A DNA stretch of 64,000 nt from an uncultured delta proteobacterium (lineage in GTDB: Bacteria > Myxococcota_A > UBA9160 > UBA4427). The notes below the pieces were generated by a model. The model did not search any database. It saw only the letters and a program-made list of their open reading frames with translations, and was not told the DNA's origin. The stretch is taken from NCBI GenBank assembly GCA_963822965.1, contig CAWGJT010000012.1, positions 224,001 through 288,000 on the forward strand, given 5' to 3'. This document shows positions 11,326-18,651 of the stretch, one piece after another (within the stretch, counting starts at the first letter, position 1; the number at the start of each line of letters is the position of its first letter). The translations under genes were made by a program, and so were the position numbers.

Positions 11326-11398
11326 CTCCCAAGAGGACGACGCTCGGCGTCGTCCTCGGGTTGCAAGTCAGCGCCCCAGCGGGGCGCTGACCGCTCAG
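11326..11398. repeat. Dispersed 73-bp double-hairpin element, copy 1 (REP-like)
   Basis: Near-identical to 49785..49857; two inverted repeats. Confidence 0.9.
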
Positions 11399-12576
11399 GA
11401 GCGGAACTCGCTCCGGGACGGGCCGATCTGGGCCGCCAGCGGTCGCAGCTTCTCGACGTCGAAGCCGTAGAAATCCGCGAGGTTGCCGCCGAGGATGGCC
11501 GCGATCTCGTCCTCGGGCAGATCCAGGAAGGTGTCCCGCATCTGCGAACGCGTGACGGGCCACGAGCCCTCGGGATGCGGGTAGTCGCTCCCCCAGGCCA
11601 TGTTGCCGACGCCGATCTCGTAGCGCATCTCGGCCTCGCGCCGCGGCATGCACGACGCGCCCACCATCACGTTGCGCCGGAAGTAGTCCGAGGGCTTCAT
11701 CGAGAGATGGCTGGTGTAGTCGCCGAGCTTCGCGCTGTAGGGCGTGTCCGCATAGCGGAAGTCCAGCAGCCGCAGGTACTCGGGCACCCACACGGAGGTG
11801 CCCTCGGTGATCATCAGCTTCAGCTTCGGGAAGCGTTCGAAGACCCCGCCCCACAGCAGGAAGGTGAGCGGACGGTAGGCGAACCAGGCCACCTCGCTGA
11901 TGTAGATGCCCATCATGCCGAGTCCCTCGCCGTAGTCCTCCATCGGCGCGGCCCCGGAGTGGAGGTTCACGATGATGCCCGTGTCCTGGCAGGCGGCCCA
12001 CACCGGGTCGTACTTCGGGTGGTGGTAGGCCGGCAGCTTCCCCCAGCGCGTGGGGATGAGGATGCCCCGGAGACCGTGCTCCGCCGCCCAGTGCACCTCC
12101 TTCACGGCTTCGTCCACGTCCCACAGCATCGGACAGATGGCGACGCCGGCCCGGCGCTCGGGCGCCAGCTGGCACAGCTCCGCCAGCCAGCGGTTGTGGG
12201 CGCGGGCGCCGGCCCACTGCAGCTCGGGCACGATCGGGTCCTCGGTGGGCAGCGAGAGACCGGCGCCGAACGGCGGCATGTTCATCTCGGTGATGCCGTC
12301 CGGGTAGATGACCTCGCCGGCGATGCCGTCCCCGTCGAGCACCTTGATGCGCTCGTCATGGTCCCAGGCGCCGGTGAGGGGCTTCTCGACCCCCTTCCGC
12401 CACTCGGCGTTGATGTCCGCCACCAGGAACTTCTGGGCGGCCTTCTGGGTCTCCTCGATCTGGATCGGCAGCGCCACGTCGAAGGCGTCGCGGTACTGGG
12501 GATCGAGGTAGTCGCGATACTGCTCCGGCGGCAGCCCCGCGTGACAGTCCGAGGAGAGGACGAGGTAGCGATCCAT
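11395..12576 (-). CDS. Amidohydrolase family protein (Amidohydro_2)
   Basis: SSDCHAG, AHNRWLAE, NLHSG, GVFERFPKLK, WGSDYPHPEG. Confidence 0.93.
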   Translation of the reverse strand: MDRYLVLSSDCHAGLPPEQYRDYLDPQYRDAFDVALPIQIEETQKAAQKFLVADINAEWRKGVEKPLTGAWDHDERIKVLDGDGIAGEVIYPDGITEMNMPPFGAGLSLPTEDPIVPELQWAGARAHNRWLAELCQLAPERRAGVAICPMLWDVDEAVKEVHWAAEHGLRGILIPTRWGKLPAYHHPKYDPVWAACQDTGIIVNLHSGAAPMEDYGEGLGMMGIYISEVAWFAYRPLTFLLWGGVFERFPKLKLMITEGTSVWVPEYLRLLDFRYADTPYSAKLGDYTSHLSMKPSDYFRRNVMVGASCMPRREAEMRYEIGVGNMAWGSDYPHPEGSWPVTRSQMRDTFLDLPEDEIAAILGGNLADFYGFDVEKLRPLAAQIGPSRSEFRS

Positions 12577-12578
12577 CT

Positions 12579-13574
12579 TCAGGCCTCCTGCTTCCGGACG
12601 GTGCCCGGCTGCTGACTGGGGGCGCCCGGCTGCTGACTGGGAGAGTAGAACTGCTTGATCCACTTCCGGAACTCCACCAGGTAGGTGTCGGCCTCGCAGA
12701 AGACCGGCTCCGCCCGGTGGATCTTGTTCTTCCAGATTCGGAAGTCGTCCTTCACGCCGTTGGTGATCCCGTCGATCCAGTCCTCGCCCGCGAGGTCCAT
12801 GGCGTTGTTGGTGGCGATCAGCGCCCAGCGCGAGAACGACGTGTGGCGGTCGACGGGGGTCGTCGAGGAGAACATGAAGAGCCCCACCCCCGGAATGCCG
12901 CGGCTCTCCACCGTCGCGTGTCCGATGCACTCGGCCTCGCGCAGGAGCGACATGTCGAAGGTGCCCATGGGCGTCTCCTGCTGGCTGTAGGAGACGGCCT
13001 TCAGCAGCCGTCCGTCCTCCTCCAGGGAGATCTCCTGGTCGGGTACCTCGACCATCGAGTGCACGTAGCGGAAGTGGACCGGGTCCATGTTGTTCTCGGC
13101 CATGTCCTGCACGTGCACCGGCACCTCCATCTCGAAGGTGCGCACCGCCGACCAGGCCGGGTCTTCGAAGTGGGGGCACGGCTTCACGCGCCAGGAGGGC
13201 GGCTTCTGCTCGGCGTGGTGCCACACCATGATCATGTGGTTCACCTCGTCCACTTCCCAGGCCCGCTGTCGCGCCTTCTTGGGCACGCGCGCGCAGTAGG
13301 GAATCGCGACGCACTCGCCCGTCTCGCCGTCGTACTCCCACGCGTGGAACGGGCAGCGCACGTTCTCCCCCGAAACGCGCCCGCCCTCGGCGAGATGGGC
13401 ACCGAGATGCGAGCAGTAGGCGGAGAGCACGCGCGCCCGGCCGGAACGAGTGCGGAAGAGCACGAGCTCCTCCTCGAAGGCGCGAACGCGCTTCACCTCG
13501 CCCACGGCGACGTCCTTGCTCCAGGCCACCGCGTACCAGCCGTTCGGGATTCCCGGCCTCATGTCGGGGTCCAT
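12579..13574 (-). CDS. Rieske [2Fe-2S] non-heme iron oxygenase (KshA/Neverland-like)
   Basis: CSHLG...CPFH Rieske motif, ENNMDPVHFRYVH iron motif, DFRIWKNK, FRKWIKQFY. Confidence 0.92.
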   Translation of the reverse strand: MDPDMRPGIPNGWYAVAWSKDVAVGEVKRVRAFEEELVLFRTRSGRARVLSAYCSHLGAHLAEGGRVSGENVRCPFHAWEYDGETGECVAIPYCARVPKKARQRAWEVDEVNHMIMVWHHAEQKPPSWRVKPCPHFEDPAWSAVRTFEMEVPVHVQDMAENNMDPVHFRYVHSMVEVPDQEISLEEDGRLLKAVSYSQQETPMGTFDMSLLREAECIGHATVESRGIPGVGLFMFSSTTPVDRHTSFSRWALIATNNAMDLAGEDWIDGITNGVKDDFRIWKNKIHRAEPVFCEADTYLVEFRKWIKQFYSPSQQPGAPSQQPGTVRKQEA

Positions 13575-13576
13575 CT

Positions 13577-14281
13577 TCACTCCCTCCCTTGCGCGCGGGC
13601 GGCCTCGCGGACCGTCTCGCGAACCATGGCGTCGACGAGGAAACGGGCGGTCTCGAGGGCCCGCGCGTGCAGCGGGTAGTCGTCGAGGTTCGCCCAATTG
13701 AACATCAGCACGTAGTACGCGCCCATCAGCATCTCGGTGAGGGTCTCGGGGCTGTGGCGATCGGTCAGGTCGCCGGCCAGCAGACCGTCCCGCACGATGG
13801 CGCCGAAGGCCTCGTGGAGCTTGCGGGCCTGCTCGGGCTCGTTGCCGTCCTCGTGGGCGGTCCGCACGATCTCGAGCAGAAGCTCGCGCTGCATGGGCCC
13901 GGCCTCGGCGGCGTGCTCGGCCACCTGGGCGAAGAAGAGCCCGATGCGCTCGGCCGAGGATCCGCCCTGCTTGCGCGCTTCGTCGATGTGTCCGAGCAGC
14001 TGCTCGACGCTGTAGCGCGCGATCTCGCGCAGCAGCTCGGGCTTCGACTGGAAGTGGTTGAAGAAGGTCTTCTGGGCGACGTCCGCCAGATCGCAGATCT
14101 CGCCCACGGTGGTCTGCTCGATGCCCTTCTGCTGGAAGAGGCTCACGCTCGCCTCGAGGATGCGCGCCCGCACCTCGAGCTTGCGCCGCTCGCGCCGGCT
14201 GAGATCGCCGGCATCGGCGCGGTCCGCCAGCTCGCCGAGCAGGAACTCACCGGGATCGCTGGAAACGCGAGGAGCCGCCAT
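13577..14281 (-). CDS. TetR/AcrR family transcriptional regulator
   Basis: RRERRK...ILEASVSLF..KG...TTVGEICDLADVAQKTFFNHFQSK HTH. Confidence 0.95.
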   Translation of the reverse strand: MAAPRVSSDPGEFLLGELADRADAGDLSRRERRKLEVRARILEASVSLFQQKGIEQTTVGEICDLADVAQKTFFNHFQSKPELLREIARYSVEQLLGHIDEARKQGGSSAERIGLFFAQVAEHAAEAGPMQRELLLEIVRTAHEDGNEPEQARKLHEAFGAIVRDGLLAGDLTDRHSPETLTEMLMGAYYVLMFNWANLDDYPLHARALETARFLVDAMVRETVREAARAQGRE

Positions 14282-14311
14282 GGCCTGGGAGTCTGACAAA
14301 CGTACAGACAA

Positions 14312-14325
14312 CTGCAAGCTTACAG
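14312..14325. promoter_or_regulatory. Candidate TetR operator (imperfect palindrome CTGcAAGCTTaCAG)
   Basis: Palindrome in the AT-richer divergent intergenic region just upstream of tetR. Confidence 0.4.
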
Positions 14326-14385
14326 GCGAGTGCCAATCCAGAGGGGTGTTGCTGGCACTCTGTTTTCGCCTTACTTTCGTCATTC

Positions 14386-15495
14386 ATGATCACCCCCCAT
14401 CCCACCGGACCCGGCGCGGGGATCCGCGGTCGCGGCGCCGCCGACAACCCGACGAACCGCTTCGAGCGCCTGGCCTACGAGCGCGAGCCCGACGGCGATG
14501 CGACGTCCCTCGAGGACGGGGACGGGGACGGGACGGGGCCCCCGCCGCCTGCCACGGTCTACCTGCGCGACCCCAGCCGTACGATTCTGGCCCGCAACGA
14601 CAGCCCGGACGTGGGCTTCGACGTGAGCCTCAATCCCTATCGCGGCTGCGAGCACGGCTGCGCGTACTGCTATGCACGGCCCACCCACGAGTACCTGGGG
14701 TTCTCGTCGGGGCTCGACTTCGAGACCCGCATCCTGGTGAAGGAGGCGGCGCCCGAGCTCCTGCGGCGGGAGCTGGCCGCGAAGCGCTGGCGGCCCCAGG
14801 TGGTGGGGATGTGCGGGGTCACCGATCCCTATCAACCCATCGAGCGGCGCCTCGGGCTCACCCGCCGCTGCCTGCAGGTGTTCGCGGAGTTCCGGAACCC
14901 GGTCCAGATGATCACCAAGAACGCGCTCATCGCCCGGGACGCGGATCTGCTGGCCGAGCTGGCCGCGCACGGCGCCGCCTCCGCGTGCGTCTCCATCACC
15001 ACCCTCGACCCGAAGCTCCACCGGCAGATGGAGCCGCGGGCGTCGCACCCGGCGCAGCGCCTGCGGGCGGTGCGCGCCCTGGCTGAGGCGGGCGTGCCGG
15101 TGGGGGTGATGGTGGCGCCGGTGGTCCCCGGGCTCACCGACCACGAGATGCCCGCCATCCTCGCCGCCGCCCGGGAGGCGGGGGCGGGCTTCGCGGGCCA
15201 CATCGTGCTGCGGCTGCCGCGCAACGTGAAGGAGCTCTTCGCGTCGTGGCTCGAGCGGCACCACCCCGAGCGCAAGGACAAGGTGCTGAACCGCCTTCGC
15301 GCCCTGCGCGGGGGCGCCCTCGACGACCCGCGCTTCGGCACGCGCATGAGGGGCACGGGCATCTACGCCGCCCAGATCCGAGACCTCTTCGAGCTGTCCT
15401 GCCGCCGGGCCGGCTTCGACGAGGGCGCGTCGCGGCCCGCGCTCTCCACCGCCGCCTTCCGGCGACCGGGAGACGCCCAGCTCGCGCTCTTCTGA
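14386..15495 (+). CDS. PA0069-family radical SAM protein (SplB-like)
   Basis: NPYRGCEHGCAYCYARPTH, TDPYQPIE; C-terminal QLALF. Confidence 0.95.
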   Translation: MITPHPTGPGAGIRGRGAADNPTNRFERLAYEREPDGDATSLEDGDGDGTGPPPPATVYLRDPSRTILARNDSPDVGFDVSLNPYRGCEHGCAYCYARPTHEYLGFSSGLDFETRILVKEAAPELLRRELAAKRWRPQVVGMCGVTDPYQPIERRLGLTRRCLQVFAEFRNPVQMITKNALIARDADLLAELAAHGAASACVSITTLDPKLHRQMEPRASHPAQRLRAVRALAEAGVPVGVMVAPVVPGLTDHEMPAILAAAREAGAGFAGHIVLRLPRNVKELFASWLERHHPERKDKVLNRLRALRGGALDDPRFGTRMRGTGIYAAQIRDLFELSCRRAGFDEGASRPALSTAAFRRPGDAQLALF

Positions 15496-15525
15496 AGCCG
15501 GCTTCGGCCGCACGGCGCATCCCCA

Positions 15526-15618
15526 CCGCCCATCCGGTTTCGGCCGCCTCCGCCCATCCGGTTTCGGCCGCCTCCGCCCATCCGGTTTCGGCCGCCTCCG
15601 CCCATCCGGCTTCGGCCG
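15526..15618. repeat. 24-bp tandem repeat (CCGCCCATCCGGTTTCGGCCGCCT) x about 3.9
   Basis: Units at 15526, 15550, 15574 and 15598. Confidence 0.95.
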
Positions 15619-15676
15619 GCGCGCGCTCGCGCTGCGCTACCACTGCGGAAGGGAGACGGAGCGGAATGGAAGGGAG

Positions 15677-17503
15677 ATGAAGGGAGAGCCGGCCGCGTCG
15701 TCCGGAAGCGAGCTCGCGCGCCGCCTGGAGGCGCTCGACGGACGCGGCTACCGCGCCTACCACGACGTGCGCGGCCGCCATGCCCTGGGCGACCTCGAGC
15801 TCTTCGTCGATCACGTGCAGGGCGACCCGTTCGCCGCCCCCTCGACCCTGCGGGTGCGCATCCCGATGCAGCGGGCGAGGCTTCCCGCCGCGCTCTTCGA
15901 GACGGGCGTGCGTCGCATGGCGCTGGCGGACTTCCTGGCCCGGCGGGCGCGGGAGAGCCTCGCCACGCCGGGAGGGCCGGCCGCCGGCAGCGGCCGCAGC
16001 GGCAGCGTCGCGGTGGACGCCGGCGGTCAAGCGGTGCTCGAGCGCAGCGCCGTGGTGATCACCTCCGACTTCGTGGAGCTGCGTCTCGAGGCGGGCCTGC
16101 CGGCCCGGGGACGCCGCATCCTCGGGCGCGCCGCCGCGCGGCTCCTCACCGGGACGATTCCCGAAGGCGCGCGGCGCGCGCTGCTGTGGGAGAGCCTGGA
16201 CGCCGACGCCGCGCGGGACTTCGTCCACTGCGTGGAGAACCAGGAGCACGTGCGCGGCCGGCTGCGCGCGTTGGGGCTCGTGGCGCTCGTGGGGGACGGA
16301 GCCTGCCTGCCGCGGGAGAGCGGTGCCAGCGATCGCCCCCTGACCCGCGGCGTGGTGCCCTTCGCATCGCCGCCGTCGCTCGCGGTGCGCATCCCCGTCC
16401 CGAACCCGCTGCCGGGCGGCGCCGGGAGCGAGCTGGTGGGCATGGGAATTCCGCGCGGCGTCACCCTCGTCGTGGGCGGTGGCTACCACGGCAAGTCGAC
16501 CCTGCTCCAGGCCCTCGCCCGCTGCGTCCACCCCCACGTCCCGGGCGACGGGCGCGAGCACGTGGTGTCCGACGCGGGCCTCGTGAAGGTGCGCGCCGAG
16601 GACGGGCGCCGGGTGGAGCGGGTGGACATCCACGGCTTCGTGTCGTCCCTGCCGGGCGGCGGCGATACCCGCGCCTTCTCGAGCGAGGACGCCAGCGGGT
16701 CGACCAGCCAGGCGGCGGCCATCGTCGAGGCGATGGAGGCGGGCGCGACCGGCCTGCTGCTGGACGAGGACACCTCGGCCACGAACTTCCTGGTGCGCGA
16801 CGCGCGCATGCAGGCCCTGGTGGCGGATCGCGACGAGCCGATCACCCCGCTCGTCGACCGCGTGCGCGAGCTGTACGAGCGCTTCGGCGTCTCGACGGTG
16901 CTCGTCATGGGCGGCTCCGGCGATTACCTCGACGTGGCGGACCGGGTGATCGCCCTGCGCGCCTGGCGTCCGTTCGACGTCACCGGCGCGGCGCGAGAGA
17001 TCGCCGGCCGCATGCCGACCGGTCGAATCGCGGAGGGCGCCGAGCCCCTGACCGAGCCGGCACTGCGCGTCCCGGTGGCCGCCAGCTTCGACGCGTCCCG
17101 GGGCCGCCGGGACGTGAAGATCGACGTCCCGTCCCGGCACGAGGTGCGCTACGGGCGCGAGCGCCTGGACCTCCGCGGCGTCGAGCAGCTCGCCTGTCGC
17201 AGCCAGACCCGCGCCGTGGCGCTGGCGATCCATCTCGCGGCCCGCCAGCTCATGGGCGAGGACGTGACCCTTCGCCAGATCCTCGACGGCCTCGACGCCC
17301 TGCTCGACGAGCGGGGTCTCGACGTCCTCGACCCGCACGCGGGGGGACGCCCGACCGGCCGGCACCCCGGCAACCTGGCCCGCCCGCGCCGCTTCGAGGT
17401 CGCAGCCGCCCTCGACCGCCTGCGAGGCATGCGCGTGCGGGAGCCGGACGCCTATCCTCGGGCAGCGGCCGCGCCGGCCCCCCACCCGAGGAGATCCCCG
17501 TGA
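15677..17503 (+). CDS. ABC-ATPase domain protein (ABC_ATPase/MRB1590-like family)
   Basis: DHVQGDPFAAPS, LPRESG, GGGYHGKSTLL, ASGSTSQAA, LLLDEDTSATNF, EPITP, AALDRLR. Confidence 0.92.
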   Translation: MKGEPAASSGSELARRLEALDGRGYRAYHDVRGRHALGDLELFVDHVQGDPFAAPSTLRVRIPMQRARLPAALFETGVRRMALADFLARRARESLATPGGPAAGSGRSGSVAVDAGGQAVLERSAVVITSDFVELRLEAGLPARGRRILGRAAARLLTGTIPEGARRALLWESLDADAARDFVHCVENQEHVRGRLRALGLVALVGDGACLPRESGASDRPLTRGVVPFASPPSLAVRIPVPNPLPGGAGSELVGMGIPRGVTLVVGGGYHGKSTLLQALARCVHPHVPGDGREHVVSDAGLVKVRAEDGRRVERVDIHGFVSSLPGGGDTRAFSSEDASGSTSQAAAIVEAMEAGATGLLLDEDTSATNFLVRDARMQALVADRDEPITPLVDRVRELYERFGVSTVLVMGGSGDYLDVADRVIALRAWRPFDVTGAAREIAGRMPTGRIAEGAEPLTEPALRVPVAASFDASRGRRDVKIDVPSRHEVRYGRERLDLRGVEQLACRSQTRAVALAIHLAARQLMGEDVTLRQILDGLDALLDERGLDVLDPHAGGRPTGRHPGNLARPRRFEVAAALDRLRGMRVREPDAYPRAAAAPAPHPRRSP

Positions 17504-18651
17504 GCGACGCCATCCTGCCCTTCGAGATCCGGGTCCCCGACGAGGTCCTCGAGGACCTGCGCCGGCGGCTCGCCGCCACCCGCTTCCCCCAGCAGATCGA
17601 GGGCACCGGCTGGACCTACGGCGCCGAGCTCTCGTACGTGAAGGAGCTCGTCGCCTACTGGCGCGACAAGTTCGACTGGCGGGCCCAGGAGGCGGCCCTC
17701 AACCGCTTCGACCAGTTCACCACGGTGATCGACGACCAGCGCATCCACTTCATCCACGCGCGCTCGAAGCACCCGAACGCGATCCCCCTGCTGATCCTCC
17801 ACGGCTGGCCCGGCAGCGTGGTGGAGTTCATGAACGTGATCGAGCCGCTGACCGATCCCGAGGCCCACGGCGGCCACGCCGAGGACGCCTTCCACGTGAT
17901 CGCTCCCTCGCTGCCCGGCTACGGGTTCTCGGAGTTCACGAAGAGCACCGGCTACGACACCCACCGCATGGCCGAGAACTTCGCGGTGCTGATGTCGCGT
18001 CTGGGCTACGACCGCTACGGGGTCGAGGGCGGCGACTGGGGGGCGGTCACGGGCAACAGCGTGGCGATCCTCGACGCCGCCCACGTGCTGGGCCTGCACA
18101 CCACCATGCCCCTGGCCTTCCCGCCGCCGGGCCACGACCCGGCGGACCTCTCCGAGCGCGAGCAGGCCGATCTCGCCGACCTGGCCGCGTTCGATGCCAA
18201 CGGGACGGGCTACCAGAAGATCCAGGGGAGCAAGCCCCAGACCCTGGGCTTCGGGCTGAACGACTCGCCGGCCGGCCTGTGCGCCTGGATCACCGAGAAG
18301 TTCCACGGCTGGACGGACTGCGACGGACACGTGGAGAACGCCATCGACCGCGACCAGCTGCTGACCAACATCACGGTCTACTGGGTGACCGAGACGATCA
18401 CCTCGTCGGCGCGTCTGTACTACGAGACCTTCAAGAGCGGCCGGGTCGGCGTGGTGGGCGCGAAGGTGGAGGTGCCGACGGGCGTCGCCCGCTTCCCGCG
18501 CGAGATCATGCGCTTCCCGCGCAAGTGGGTGGAGCAGAGCTACAACGTCACCCACTGGACGGAGATGCCCAAGGGCGGTCACTTCGCGGCGATGGAGCAG
18601 CCCGAGCTCTTCGTGACGGACGTCCGGAAGTTCTTCAGGACCCTTCGCTGA
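17500..18651 (+). CDS. Epoxide hydrolase (EHN + alpha/beta hydrolase)
   Basis: From GTG (SDAILPFEI), LHGWPGS, PSLPGYGFS, GGDWG, GGHFAAMEQP; GTGA overlap with the upstream gene. Confidence 0.95.
   Translation: MSDAILPFEIRVPDEVLEDLRRRLAATRFPQQIEGTGWTYGAELSYVKELVAYWRDKFDWRAQEAALNRFDQFTTVIDDQRIHFIHARSKHPNAIPLLILHGWPGSVVEFMNVIEPLTDPEAHGGHAEDAFHVIAPSLPGYGFSEFTKSTGYDTHRMAENFAVLMSRLGYDRYGVEGGDWGAVTGNSVAILDAAHVLGLHTTMPLAFPPPGHDPADLSEREQADLADLAAFDANGTGYQKIQGSKPQTLGFGLNDSPAGLCAWITEKFHGWTDCDGHVENAIDRDQLLTNITVYWVTETITSSARLYYETFKSGRVGVVGAKVEVPTGVARFPREIMRFPRKWVEQSYNVTHWTEMPKGGHFAAMEQPELFVTDVRKFFRTLR

Noticed and set aside
11241..11398. Riboswitch upstream of the NSS transporter
   Set aside because: No recognisable aptamer consensus; the same hairpin element occurs at 49785 between convergent genes.
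12603..12641. 18-bp direct repeat at the Rieske C-terminus (SQQPG twice)
   Set aside because: Short in-frame slippage in a disordered tail; no sign of function.
15526..15618. CRISPR or coding repeat (ORF 15363..15605, MGGGGRNR repeats)
   Set aside because: Head-to-tail units without spacers; the ORF is antisense to the radical SAM 3' end and simply reads through the repeat.
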